NCBI GenBank assembly: GCA_965232515.1
Contig: CBDDPY010000002.1
Span: forward strand, 288,001-352,000
Source: Alphaproteobacteria bacterium
GTDB taxonomy: Bacteria > Pseudomonadota > Alphaproteobacteria > GCA-2731375
DNA: 64,000 nucleotides
Direction of reading: 5' to 3'
Under the pieces are notes generated by a model. It ran no database searches and was not told the DNA's origin. It saw nothing but the letters and a program-made list of their open reading frames with translations. This document shows positions 19,760-29,371 of this stretch, piece by piece; the stretch's first letter is position 1, and every line of letters begins with the position of its first letter. The position numbers were made by a program, and so were the translations under genes.

Positions 19760-20875
19760 ATGGCCGTCACCCTCGACATGCCGTCCGCCGGCCGCTCGCT
19801 CTGGGGCGATGCCTGGCTGCGATTGCGGGCGAACCGGGCGGCGATGACCAGTATCGTCCTGCTGGCGCTGATGACGGTTGTCTGCATCGTCGGTCCCTGG
19901 CTGTCGCCGCACGGCCACGACCAGGTTTACCGCGACTACGTCAAGGTGCCGGCGAGCCTCGAAGCTTATCCGCGCGCCGATGCGGTCCGGCCGGCCGTCG
20001 AACGCGCCCTGCGCCGGGCGCGGGCTGACATCGAGGCTATCGGGATCGGCGACGACAACGTCACCGTCACGCTGACTGCCCGCCGCGCCATCGACGAGCG
20101 AATTACCCGCTATCTCGACCGCGCCAACCTGTTCGATAACGCCCAGGTCGTCGAGCGCGGCGACGACGGCCTGCGCATGGTGCTGAGCGCCGACATCGAT
20201 CGCAAGCGCTTCCTCTTCGGTACCGACGCCAACGGCCGCGATCTGTTTACGCGGACGCTGATCGCCGGCCGCATCTCTCTGATGATCGGCCTGCTCGCGA
20301 CCGGTGTCGCGCTCGTCATCGGCGTCAGCTACGGCGCGGTCTCCGGCTATCTCGGCGGCCGGGTCGACGCGGCCATGATGCGTCTGGTCGATGTGCTTTA
20401 CGCGCTGCCGTTCATGTTCTTCGTGATCCTGCTGGTGGTGTTCTTCGGCCGCAGCATTGTCTTGATGTTCATTGCCGTCGGCGCCATCGAATGGCTCGAC
20501 ATGGCCCGCATCGTCCGCGGCCAGACCCTGTCGATCAAGCGTCAGGAATATGTCCAGGCCGCGCAGGCGCTCGGCGTCGACACGTTCGGCATGCTGAAGC
20601 GCCATGTCGTGCCAAACACGCTCGGACCCGTCGTTGTCTTCATGACGCTCATGGTGCCGAAGGTGATCCTGCTCGAGAGCTTCCTCAGCTTCCTCGGCCT
20701 CGGCGTCCAGGAACCGATGACCAGTTGGGGCGTGCTGATTGCCGAGGGCGCGCGCAACATCCAGGGCGCCGCCTGGCTGTTGATCTTCCCCTCGGCTTTC
20801 CTTGCCGTCACGCTGTTCTGCCTCAACTTCATCGGCGACGGCCTGCGCGACGCGCTCGACCCGAAGGATCGCTGA
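19760..20875 (+). CDS. oppC: Oligopeptide ABC transporter permease with a periplasmic insertion
   Basis: 'LFGTDANGRDL', 'ARIVRGQTLS', 'NFIGDGLRDALDPKDR'. Confidence 0.9.
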   Translation: MAVTLDMPSAGRSLWGDAWLRLRANRAAMTSIVLLALMTVVCIVGPWLSPHGHDQVYRDYVKVPASLEAYPRADAVRPAVERALRRARADIEAIGIGDDNVTVTLTARRAIDERITRYLDRANLFDNAQVVERGDDGLRMVLSADIDRKRFLFGTDANGRDLFTRTLIAGRISLMIGLLATGVALVIGVSYGAVSGYLGGRVDAAMMRLVDVLYALPFMFFVILLVVFFGRSIVLMFIAVGAIEWLDMARIVRGQTLSIKRQEYVQAAQALGVDTFGMLKRHVVPNTLGPVVVFMTLMVPKVILLESFLSFLGLGVQEPMTSWGVLIAEGARNIQGAAWLLIFPSAFLAVTLFCLNFIGDGLRDALDPKDR

Positions 20876-20882
20876 GCGCGGC

Positions 20883-22511
20883 ATGCCCGACGAATCCCCG
20901 GTCCTTGAGATTTCTGATCTGCATGTCCGCTTCGACACGCCGGACGGCGAGGTGCATGCCGTGCGCGGCGTTGACATCCGTGTCGAGCCGGGCGAGACCG
21001 TGGCCGTGGTCGGCGAGTCCGGCTCCGGCAAGAGCCAGATCATGATGGCGGTGATGGGCCTGCTGGCGGCGAACGGCCGCGCCGAGGGCAGGGTGCGCTA
21101 CCGCGACACCGAACTGCTCGGCCTGCCGCCGCGCGCGCTCAACCGTTATCGCGGCGACAAGATCTCGATGATCTTCCAGGAGCCGATGACCTCGCTCGAC
21201 CCGCTCTACCGCATCGAGCGCCAGATCGCCGAGCCGTTGATGCACCACCGGGGCCTGTCGCGCACCGAGGCGCGGCCGCGCGTGCTGGAGCTGCTTGAGC
21301 TTGTCGGCATCCCCGACGCGGAACATCGCCTGCGCGCCTATCCGCACGAGCTTTCCGGCGGCCAGCGTCAGCGGGTGATGATCGCCATGGCGCTCGCCAA
21401 CGAACCCGACATCCTGATCGCCGACGAGCCGACGACGGCGCTCGACGTCACCATCCAGGCGCAAATCCTGGAATTGCTGGCCGACCTGCAGCGCCGCTTC
21501 GGCATGGCCATCGTCTTCATCACCCACGACCTCGGCATCGTCCGCCGCTTCGCTGCGCGCGTCTACGTGATGCACCAGGGCAGGGTGGTCGAGGAGGGCC
21601 GCACCAGGCAAATCTTCGACCGGCCGCGCGAGGCCTATACGCGGATGCTGCTCGCCGCCGAGCCCGAGGGCACCAAGCCGCCGGTGCCGGTGAGCGCGCC
21701 GGCGTTGCTCGAAGGCGAGGACTTGCGCGTCACCTTTCGCATCGGCCACGGCCTGTTCGGCCGCCGCCAACGGCAGCTCAAGGCCGTCGACGGTGTCAGC
21801 TTGCGCCTGCGGCGCGGCCAGACCATCGGCGTGGTCGGCGAGTCCGGCTCCGGCAAATCGACGCTGGGCCGGGCCCTGCTGCGGTTGGTCGACAGCCAGG
21901 GCGCGATCAGTTTCGATGCCCAGGACATCCAGGGCCGGGATCGCCGGCATATGCGTCCGCTCCGGCGCGAATTGCAACTGGTGTTCCAGGACCCCTACGG
22001 CTCGCTCAGCCCGCGCCTGACGGTCGGCCAGATCGTCACCGAGGGTCTGCTGGTGCACGCCCCCGAACTCGACGCCGCCGAACGCGACCGCCGCGCCTGT
22101 GCGGCGCTGGAGGAAGTCCAGCTCGATCCCGCCATGCGCAACCGCTACCCCCACGAATTCTCCGGCGGCCAGCGTCAGCGTATCGCCATCGCCCGCGCGC
22201 TCATCCTGAAACCCAAGGTGATCGTGCTGGACGAGCCGACCTCGGCCCTCGACCGCTCGGTGCAGAAACAGATCGTCAACCTGCTGCGCGACCTGCAGGC
22301 GGCGCACGGCCTGTCCTACATCTTCATCAGCCACGACCTCGCCGTGGTCCGGGCCATGGCCGACGAGGTCATCGTCATGAAGGACGGCCGTGTCGTCGAG
22401 CACGGCACCGCCGACGCCGTCTTCGCCGCCCCCCGCGCCGCCTACACGCAAGCCTTGCTCGCCGCCGCCTTCGACCTCACCACCACCGACCGCAGCGCCG
22501 CCGCGACGTGA
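20883..22511 (+). CDS. Fused double-NBD oligopeptide ABC ATPase (OppD/F-type)
   Basis: Two 'GESGSGKS' Walker A motifs, two 'SGGQRQR' signatures, two 'DEPT' Walker B motifs. Confidence 0.92.
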   Translation: MPDESPVLEISDLHVRFDTPDGEVHAVRGVDIRVEPGETVAVVGESGSGKSQIMMAVMGLLAANGRAEGRVRYRDTELLGLPPRALNRYRGDKISMIFQEPMTSLDPLYRIERQIAEPLMHHRGLSRTEARPRVLELLELVGIPDAEHRLRAYPHELSGGQRQRVMIAMALANEPDILIADEPTTALDVTIQAQILELLADLQRRFGMAIVFITHDLGIVRRFAARVYVMHQGRVVEEGRTRQIFDRPREAYTRMLLAAEPEGTKPPVPVSAPALLEGEDLRVTFRIGHGLFGRRQRQLKAVDGVSLRLRRGQTIGVVGESGSGKSTLGRALLRLVDSQGAISFDAQDIQGRDRRHMRPLRRELQLVFQDPYGSLSPRLTVGQIVTEGLLVHAPELDAAERDRRACAALEEVQLDPAMRNRYPHEFSGGQRQRIAIARALILKPKVIVLDEPTSALDRSVQKQIVNLLRDLQAAHGLSYIFISHDLAVVRAMADEVIVMKDGRVVEHGTADAVFAAPRAAYTQALLAAAFDLTTTDRSAAAT

Positions 22512-22532
22512 GGCGGTCCCTCACGCGTCGTC

Positions 22533-22570
22533 ATGCTTCGAGACGGGTCCTTCGGACCCTCCTCAGGATG
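22533..22570. repeat. Type A REP unit, left part of the doublet interrupted by the IS
   Basis: ATGCTTCGAGACGGGTCCTTCGGACCCTCCTCAGGATG matches the unit at 2141-2179. Confidence 0.75.
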
Positions 22571-23745
22571 GAGACCTTTGCACGGTTTTGGGAAGCGTGA
22601 TTCACTGACGGTATAGGGGCTGTCGGTGAGGGTTTGAGATGTCTCGCAAGCGTGTTGGTCAGCTGGGGTTTGAGGACGCGGTTGTCGAGGCGCGGCTTGG
22701 CGCTCGGTTCGATCGGCTGTCGAAGATCAATGATCTTGTGGACTGGCGGCCGTTTGAGGCGCTGCTGGAGGGGCTTTATCCGTCGCGTCGGGGCGAGCCG
22801 TCTTATCCGGCGCTGATCATGTTCAAGGTGCTGCTGTTGCAGCGCTGGTACAATCTGTCGGATCCGATGATGGAGGAGGCGTTGGCGGACCGGATCTCGT
22901 TCCGTCGGTTTGTCGGTCTGAGCCTGAGCGATCCGGTTCCCGATCACTCGACGATCCACCGTTTCCGGGACCGTCTACGCGGGGCGGCGCGTCTTGAGGC
23001 GCTGATGGGGGAGTTGTCGCGTCAGCTCGAAGCGCACCAGGTCGTGCTCAAACAAGGCACGTTGATTGATGCCAGCCTGGTGAGCAGCGCGGCGCGGCGG
23101 CCTCGGATCAAGGAAGGCCGGACCAGCCGGACCGATCCGGATGCGCGCTTTGGCACCAACAACGAGCGCCGGCGCTATAGCTTTGGCTACAAGCTGCATG
23201 TGGCCGTGGATCAGGGCTCGGCGCTGATCCGCGGCCTGTTTCTGACGCCGGTCAATCGCCAGGAGATCGACTTTGCCGCCGATTTGGTTCAGGGCGACGA
23301 GCAGGCCGTCTATGCCGACCGTGGTTATGACGCCCGGCGCCTGCGCGATCATCTGGCGGCGCTCGGCATCGCCGACGGGGTCATGCGCCATGCCCGTAAA
23401 GGCAGGCCGCTCAACGCCGAAGAGACCGCCCGGAACCACCGGCTGGTGGCCCGGCGCCGACCGGTCGAGAAGATCTTCGGCACCCTCAAACGAAGCTACC
23501 GCCTCAGCCGCCTGCCGCATTTCAGCCAAGCACGCAACGAAGTCACCGTCACGCTCGCCTGTTTCGCCTACAACCTGCGACGCCTCGCCGTCCTCTGCGC
23601 AACTTGAGGCCGCTCGATATCGACCTCATCGACAGCAAACAGGCCTCAAGCCGGTCAGCGGCTCGAAAACAGGCGCGATCGCCGCTAACAACCCAGCGCC
23701 AAGCTCGAACATAGCGACAAACAACACCTACCGTGCAAAGGTCTC
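22571..23745 (+). mobile_element. Complete IS5-family insertion sequence, 1175 bp
   Basis: Perfect 16-bp terminal IRs GAGACCTTTGCACGGT (22571-22586) and ACCGTGCAAAGGTCTC (23730-23745); flanks CAGGATG and CAGCATG. Confidence 0.92.
22639..23607 (+). CDS. IS5 family DDE transposase
   Basis: 'LLQRWYNLSDP', 'PDHSTI', 'TLIDAS', 'FGYKLHV', 'VYADRGY', 'RRPVEKIFGTLKR'. Confidence 0.93.
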   Translation: MSRKRVGQLGFEDAVVEARLGARFDRLSKINDLVDWRPFEALLEGLYPSRRGEPSYPALIMFKVLLLQRWYNLSDPMMEEALADRISFRRFVGLSLSDPVPDHSTIHRFRDRLRGAARLEALMGELSRQLEAHQVVLKQGTLIDASLVSSAARRPRIKEGRTSRTDPDARFGTNNERRRYSFGYKLHVAVDQGSALIRGLFLTPVNRQEIDFAADLVQGDEQAVYADRGYDARRLRDHLAALGIADGVMRHARKGRPLNAEETARNHRLVARRRPVEKIFGTLKRSYRLSRLPHFSQARNEVTVTLACFAYNLRRLAVLCAT

Positions 23746-23815
23746 CAGCATGAGGCTAGAGAGCACATTGTACGGCCTCACCCTGAGGAGAAGCCGAAGG
23801 CTTCGTCTCGAAGGG
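23746..23815. repeat. Type A REP remainder plus second inverted unit
   Basis: CAGCATGAGG...CCTCACCCTGAGGAGAAGCCGAAGGCTTCGTCTCGAAGGG. Confidence 0.75.
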
Positions 23816-23826
23816 TGGAAACGGTG

Positions 23827-25449
23827 TCAGGTCCGCCGGTCCTCCCGGATCATGTCGGCGGCTTTTTCGGCGATCATGATCACCGGCGCGTTGGTGTTGC
23901 CCGAGGTAATGGTCGGCATCACCGAGGCGTCGACCACGCGCAGGCCGTCGAGGCCGTGCACCTTGAGCCGCGCGTCGACCACGGCCATGTCGTCGTCGCC
24001 CATCCTGGCCGTGCCGACGGGATGGAAGATCGTTGTCCCGACGTCGCCGGCGGCTTTCGCAAGTTCCTCGTCGCTGCTGTATTCGATGCCGGGCTTGAAC
24101 TCCTCGGGCCGGAAGCGCGCCATCGCCGGCGCGGCGCAGATCGACCGCGTCAGCTTGATGGCATCCGCAGCCACCTGCCGGTCCGCCGGTGCCGAAAGAT
24201 AATTCGGCCGGATCGCCGGCGGCGCCAACGAGTCCGGGCTCTTGATCCGGATCGAGCCGCGGCTCTCGGGGCGTAGATTGCAGACCGAGGCCGTGAAAGC
24301 GGGGAAGGGGTGCAGTGGCTCGCCGAACTTCTCCAGGCTCAGCGGCTGCACGTGATATTCCAGGTTCGGCGTCTCGCGCGACGCGTCCGATTTGGCGAAG
24401 GCGCCGAGCTGGCTCGGCGCCATGGTCAGCGGCCCGCGCTTGAACAGGAAGTATTCCAGCCCCATGCCGACCTTGCCGATCAGGCTGTTCGCGCGCTCGT
24501 TCAGCGTTTGCGTGTTCTGGACCTTGTAGGCGAGACGGATCTGCAGATGGTCCTGCAGGTTCTCGCCGACGCCTTTCAGGGCGTGCACCACCGGGATGCC
24601 GAATTCCTGCAGCAGCTCGCCCGGCCCGACGCCCGAGAGCTGCAGTAGTTGCGGCGAGCCGACCGCGCCGCTCGCCAGGATCACCTCGCGCCGGGCGGTC
24701 ACATGCTTGTCGGCGCCCTTCTGCGCAATTTCGACGCCGCTCGCGCGCCGGCCGTCGAACGTGATCCGCTTCGCCTGCGCATGCGTCATCACGGTGAGAT
24801 TGCCGCGGTCGCGCACCGGCTTCAGGAACGCCGTCGCCGTGCTCCAGCGCACACCGCTCTTCTGGTTCACCTGGAAATAGCCGCAGCCCTCGTTGTTGCC
24901 GCGGTTGAAATCGTCCGTGTTGGGGATGCCGACCTCGGCCGCCGCGGCGCGAAAGGCGTCCAGGATCTCCCAGCTCAGCCGCATCTCCTCGACCCGCCAC
25001 TCGCCGCCCGCGCCGTGCAGGTCGTCGGCGCCGTGGCTGTAGTCTTCCGAGCGCCTGAAGTAGGGCAGCACGTCGTCCCAGCCCCAGCCGGCATTGCCGA
25101 GCTGCCGCCACTGGTCGTAGTCGCGGGCCTGGCCGCGCATGTAGATCATGCCGTTGATCGACGAGCAGCCGCCCAGCACCCGGCCGCGCGGATAAGCGAG
25201 CGCCCGGCCGTTCAGACCGTCCTCTGCCTCGGTCTGGAAGCACCAGTCCGTCCGCGGGTTGTTCATGGTGTAGAGGTAGCCGATCGGCACGTGGATCCAG
25301 AAATAGTTGTCCTTGCCGCCGGCCTCCAGCAGCAGGACGCTGACATCCGGATCGGCCGACAGCCGGTTCGCCAGCACGCAACCGGCCGACCCGGCGCCCA
25401 CGATTATGTAATCGAAGGCGCCGAGCGTGTTGTCCGCTTCGGCCGCCAC
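23827..25449 (-). CDS. GMC family oxidoreductase (choline dehydrogenase-like)
   Basis: 'DYIIVGAGSAGCVLA', 'GGCSSINGMIY', 'GENLQDH', 'HPVGTARMG', 'GNTNAP'. Confidence 0.92.
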   Translation of the reverse strand: MAAEADNTLGAFDYIIVGAGSAGCVLANRLSADPDVSVLLLEAGGKDNYFWIHVPIGYLYTMNNPRTDWCFQTEAEDGLNGRALAYPRGRVLGGCSSINGMIYMRGQARDYDQWRQLGNAGWGWDDVLPYFRRSEDYSHGADDLHGAGGEWRVEEMRLSWEILDAFRAAAAEVGIPNTDDFNRGNNEGCGYFQVNQKSGVRWSTATAFLKPVRDRGNLTVMTHAQAKRITFDGRRASGVEIAQKGADKHVTARREVILASGAVGSPQLLQLSGVGPGELLQEFGIPVVHALKGVGENLQDHLQIRLAYKVQNTQTLNERANSLIGKVGMGLEYFLFKRGPLTMAPSQLGAFAKSDASRETPNLEYHVQPLSLEKFGEPLHPFPAFTASVCNLRPESRGSIRIKSPDSLAPPAIRPNYLSAPADRQVAADAIKLTRSICAAPAMARFRPEEFKPGIEYSSDEELAKAAGDVGTTIFHPVGTARMGDDDMAVVDARLKVHGLDGLRVVDASVMPTITSGNTNAPVIMIAEKAADMIREDRRT

Positions 25450-25455
25450 GTGCGT

Positions 25456-26277
25456 CTAGAAGCTCGCCAGCGTGGCGTTGCGCAGGTCGGTCACCAGCAT
25501 GCAGGCCGGCGTGTGCGAGATGGCGATCGGCGGCTTGGCCTGCTCGACCGCCACTTGCGGCGTGATGCCGCAGGCCCAGAACAGCGGCAGCTCGTCGTCG
25601 CGGACGTCGACCTTGCCGCACTGCCAGGGGTCGTTCACGTCGATACCGATCTGTTCGGGCTTGCCGATATGCACCGGCGCGCCGTGCACGTTCGGAAAGC
25701 GGCTGGTGATCTGGATCGCGCGGATCGCGTCGGCGGGTTTGAACGGCCGCATCGACACCACCATCTTGCCGCTGAAACGGCCGGCCGGCTTGCAATCGAT
25801 GCCGCTCCGATAGACGGGCACGGTCTCGCCGCTGTCGATATGCCTGAGCGGCAGGCCGGCATCCAGCAATGCGCCCTCGAACGACAGCGAGCAACCCATG
25901 GCGAAGGCGACCATGTCGTCCTGCCAGAGGTGACGGATGTCGGGCACGTCTTCGACGTACTCGCCGTCGCGGAACACGCGATAGCTCGGCACGTCGGTGC
26001 GGATGTCGAGATCGGCGGCGAGATCCGGCAGGCGCGGATCGCCGGGCTCGCTCATGGCCAGCAGCGGGCAGGGCTTGGGGTTGCGCTGACAGAAGCGGGC
26101 GAACTCGTCGGCATAGTCCTTCGGCAGGATCGCCACGTTGGCATGCACATAGCCCAGCGCAACGCCGCCGGTATGCTCGGTAAAGTCGCCGGCGCGGATC
26201 ACCTGCCGCATGGCGACGGGATCGTCCAGGTCCCAACTGGCGTCGTCCCGGCGCGCCTCCATCAAGGCCATGGCCAT
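25456..26277 (-). CDS. D-glutamate cyclase-like / DUF1445 (UPF0317) putative hydro-lyase
   Basis: '[12 protein letters not shown]', 'DIRTDVPSY', 'HGAPVHIG', 'FWACGITPQ'. Confidence 0.85.
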   Translation of the reverse strand: MAMALMEARRDDASWDLDDPVAMRQVIRAGDFTEHTGGVALGYVHANVAILPKDYADEFARFCQRNPKPCPLLAMSEPGDPRLPDLAADLDIRTDVPSYRVFRDGEYVEDVPDIRHLWQDDMVAFAMGCSLSFEGALLDAGLPLRHIDSGETVPVYRSGIDCKPAGRFSGKMVVSMRPFKPADAIRAIQITSRFPNVHGAPVHIGKPEQIGIDVNDPWQCGKVDVRDDELPLFWACGITPQVAVEQAKPPIAISHTPACMLVTDLRNATLASF

Positions 26278-26280
26278 CGT

Positions 26281-27822
26281 TCAACCCTCCTTGTCGTTAT
26301 GTCGCTCAAGTCTACTGCCGCCGTCGGTCGGCAACAACGTTTCGCGGTAGTGCCGCTCGATGTGCTGGCGCAGCGCCTGCATGCGCGCGACGTCGCCGCG
26401 GTCGCGCGGGCCGCGGGCGGCGCGTGCCGCATCCGCCGCCTCGGCGGCGATCGCCGGCTTGTCGAGAGCCGTCAGCGCGCCGTCGCAATAGAGAATCCGG
26501 CCGTCGACCATGGTCAGCTTGACGTCGTCGCCGCGGGCGCGTGCCAGCAGCGCGTCGATCAGCGGCATGTCCGGATCGAGATAGGGCTGCCGCGTGCGAT
26601 CCAGGGACAGCGCCACCAGATCGGCCCGTGCGCCGGGTTCAATGCGGCCGACATCGGGCGCGGTCTGCGCCGCCTTCGCGCCGTTCACGGTCAGCATCCG
26701 CAACTTGTCGGCCGGGGTCGGCGCCGCCGGTCCATGCCAGTCCGGCACACGGGCCAATTCGGCCGCCAGTCGCAGCTCGCCCAGCAGATCCTCGTCGTCG
26801 GCGAGCCCGCCATTGTCCGTACCGATGGCGACGGGCACGCCGGCTTGCAGCAGCTTCGCCAGCGGCGCGGCGCCATTGTGCAGACGCAGGTTGCTGCCCG
26901 GGTTGCGCACCACGACCGCGCCGTGGTGGGCGATGGTCTCGATATCGCGGTCGTCCAGATACACGCCGTGCGCCAGGGCCGTCCGCGGCGTCAAGGCGCC
27001 GAGCCCGGCCATGTGCGCGAAGGCGCCGTCGGGATAGAGCGCCGCCAGTGTTGCTTGCTGCGCCGGCGACTCGGCCGCGTGAATGTGCAGGCCCAGTCCC
27101 TTGGCGTCGGCGTCGCGGGCGAGCGTCGCCAGCATTTCGTCCGACACCCATTGCAGGCCGGCCGGCCCGTAGCAGAGCCGGATGCGCGGATGATCGCCGA
27201 AGTCCGCCAGCAGCCGGTCCATCAGCGCTGTCGTCGCCGTGCCGTCGCCGGCATATGGCTGTCCCGTCGGCACCGCGACCCAGCCGCGCAGGTCGGCCGG
27301 TAGGCTCGCCAGGAATGCGTCCTCGTGCGGCGGATAGACAACGAAACCCCGGTCCATGGCGCCGACGCAGAAGGTGACGCGCAGGCCCGACTCGTCGTAG
27401 GCCCGCAGCGCCGCCCGCGCTTCCGCCTCGTAATCGCCGCTGCCGTAGCTGTAGTTGGCGTGCACCGTGCTGGTGACGCCGTTCTCGATCATGCAGGCCG
27501 CGGCCAGCTTGGTGACGGGGTAGGGGGCGAGGCTGCCGCGCGCCCGCCGGCTGTTGATCCAGAGCTCCAGAAAATCGTCGGCATAGCCGAGCTGGATCTG
27601 GCTGATGCCGCGCCCGTGCTGATGCGCGTTCACCAGGCCCGGCATCACCAGGCAGCCGTCCAGCTCTTCGGTCCGGGCGTCGGGCCAGCGCTGCCGCAAA
27701 ACGTCCGCACGATCGATGGCGGCGATGCGACTGCCGACAACGGCGATCGATGCGCCGTTTTGCAAGCTATCCGGATCGGCGGTGGGCAGCAGATATTCCG
27801 GCTGCAGAATGATCGTGGTCAT
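26281..27822 (-). CDS. Metal-dependent amidohydrolase (AtzA/SsnA-like deaminase family)
   Basis: 'PGLVNAHQH', 'HIHAAES', 'AHGVYL', 'NPGSNLRL', 'IGTD'. Confidence 0.85.
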   Translation of the reverse strand: MTTIILQPEYLLPTADPDSLQNGASIAVVGSRIAAIDRADVLRQRWPDARTEELDGCLVMPGLVNAHQHGRGISQIQLGYADDFLELWINSRRARGSLAPYPVTKLAAACMIENGVTSTVHANYSYGSGDYEAEARAALRAYDESGLRVTFCVGAMDRGFVVYPPHEDAFLASLPADLRGWVAVPTGQPYAGDGTATTALMDRLLADFGDHPRIRLCYGPAGLQWVSDEMLATLARDADAKGLGLHIHAAESPAQQATLAALYPDGAFAHMAGLGALTPRTALAHGVYLDDRDIETIAHHGAVVVRNPGSNLRLHNGAAPLAKLLQAGVPVAIGTDNGGLADDEDLLGELRLAAELARVPDWHGPAAPTPADKLRMLTVNGAKAAQTAPDVGRIEPGARADLVALSLDRTRQPYLDPDMPLIDALLARARGDDVKLTMVDGRILYCDGALTALDKPAIAAEAADAARAARGPRDRGDVARMQALRQHIERHYRETLLPTDGGSRLERHNDKEG

Positions 27823-27898
27823 GTCGTCCCTTTTTCGACCGGAGGTCGATTATGGCATCCTAGACGACCATGATTGCAGCGCGGAGGCCGAAGGCGAA

Positions 27899-28690
27899 AT
27901 GTATGAGACCTACGAGACCCTGTTGACCGAACGCCGGGGCAAGATCCTGACCGTCACCATGAACCGGCCGGAGGTGAAGAACGCGGCGAACGACGTGATG
28001 CACGCCGAGCTCGCGCGCATCTTCTACGAGATCGCCGCCGATCCCGACTGCGACGTGGTCGTGCTGACCGGCGCGGGCGACGCTTTCTGCGCCGGCGGCG
28101 ACATCAACGGCATGGCCCGCAAGATCGAGGACCACACGCTCTGGGTCCAGACCGTGGTCGAGGCGCGCGACATCTTCTACGGCATGCTCGACCTCGACAA
28201 GCCGGTGATCGCCCGGCTGAACGGCGCGGCCTCGGGGCTCGGCGCCACGCTCGCCGTCTATTGCGACATCATCATCGCCGCCGAAAGCGCCAAGATCGGG
28301 GACCCGCACGTCAAGGTCGGTCTGGTCGCCGGCGACGGCGGCGCGCTGATGTGGCCGATGCTGGTCGGCTACGCGAAGGCGAAGGAGCTGTTGTTCCTGG
28401 GCGATCATGTCGACGCGCGGGAGGCCGAGCGCATCGGTCTGATCAACTACGCGGTGCCGGACGACCAACTCGACGAAAAGGTCTACGCCATGGCCGACCG
28501 TCTCGCCGCCGGCGCTACCCAGGCGATCGGCTGGACCAAGCGCGCCATCAACCACAGTCTGCGGCAGTTGGCCCAGGGCACCATGGAAGTCGGCCTCGGC
28601 CTGGAAACGCTCTCCCACCTCAGCCACGACCACGCCGAAGCGGTCAACGCCTTTCGGGAAAAGCGCCGCCCGGCTTTCACCGGGCGGTAG
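27899..28690 (+). CDS. Enoyl-CoA hydratase/isomerase family protein
   Basis: 'NRPEVKNA', 'FCAGGDI', 'DPHVKVGLVAGDGG'. Confidence 0.9.
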   Translation: MYETYETLLTERRGKILTVTMNRPEVKNAANDVMHAELARIFYEIAADPDCDVVVLTGAGDAFCAGGDINGMARKIEDHTLWVQTVVEARDIFYGMLDLDKPVIARLNGAASGLGATLAVYCDIIIAAESAKIGDPHVKVGLVAGDGGALMWPMLVGYAKAKELLFLGDHVDAREAERIGLINYAVPDDQLDEKVYAMADRLAAGATQAIGWTKRAINHSLRQLAQGTMEVGLGLETLSHLSHDHAEAVNAFREKRRPAFTGR

Positions 28691-28729
28691 GGGGCTAATG
28701 CGACGACGCTCCCGAAAAGGTCTCTCATG

Positions 28730-28815
28730 TCGTCATGCCCGGACTTGATCCGGGCATCCAGGGGCGTGTGATCGGACGCTGACCTGGATCACCGGGCCAA
28801 GCCCGGTGATGACGA
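28730..28815. repeat. REP-like inverted doublet, type C (GTCATGCCCGGACTTGATCCGGGCATCCA..TGGATCACCGGGCCAAGCCCGGTGATGAC)
   Basis: TCGTCAT...ATGACGA termini with two internal hairpins, between convergent genes. Confidence 0.78.
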
Positions 28816-28839
28816 ATTGGCTGCAAACGTTGGCCTGCC

Positions 28840-29271
28840 CTAGCTCTGCGTCACCTTGATGCGCCGGGCCTTGCCGTCGTCGCTGGCCGTCTTCGGCACG
28901 CGGACCGACAGCACGCCGTTCTTATACTGCGCGTCGATCCGGTGCGCGTCGCCGTCCGGCGGCACCCGGAACGAGCGCTGGAAGGCGCCATAGGCGCGCT
29001 CGGAGAAGAAATACGTCCGACCGCTTTCTTCCCGCTCGAAGCGCTTTTCGCCCTTCACCGTGATCGTGTTGCCGTTCACCGAGACGTCGATGTCATCCGG
29101 CTCGACGCCCGGTACCTCGACGTTGATTTCGTAGAAGTCGTTCGTGGTCGCGGCTTCCGACTGCGGCGCGAAGTAGCCGGCGATGCGGTTGCCGACCTGG
29201 CGCAGCGGGTCGTACAGGTTATGCAGCCAGTTGGTCTCGTGACCGCCAACGGTGTGCGTTTTCTCTACCAT
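28840..29271 (-). CDS. Hsp20/alpha-crystallin small heat shock protein
   Basis: 'EVPGV..DDIDV', 'ER.YGAFQRSF', 'AQYKNGVLSV', C-terminal 'IKV'. Confidence 0.9.
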   Translation of the reverse strand: MVEKTHTVGGHETNWLHNLYDPLRQVGNRIAGYFAPQSEAATTNDFYEINVEVPGVEPDDIDVSVNGNTITVKGEKRFEREESGRTYFFSERAYGAFQRSFRVPPDGDAHRIDAQYKNGVLSVRVPKTASDDGKARRIKVTQS

Positions 29272-29327
29272 GCCAGCGCCTCCAACTAGTGACACCGGCA
29301 CTAAAGCGCGTTCGGCCTGGCGATTTC

Positions 29328-29341
29328 CTGATCTGGATCAA
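29328..29341 (-). promoter_or_regulatory. Fnr/FixK-like box upstream of hsp20
   Basis: Minus strand TTGAT-CCAG-ATCAG, one mismatch to TTGAT-N4-ATCAA, 57 nt upstream of the ATG. Confidence 0.5.
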
Positions 29342-29371
29342 ATTCGGTGTTTGACCCGCAAGCGGCACGGT

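Noticed and set aside
24649-27303. 884-aa plus-strand ORF, the 842-aa ORF at 23756-26284, and similar long overlapping ORFs elsewhere
   Set aside because: Shadow or alternative frames over well-supported genes, with no motifs
28716-28724. AAAGGTCTC matching the end of the IS inverted repeat, next to a REP
   Set aside because: Only 9 bp, with no partner IR or transposase remnant; compatible with chance
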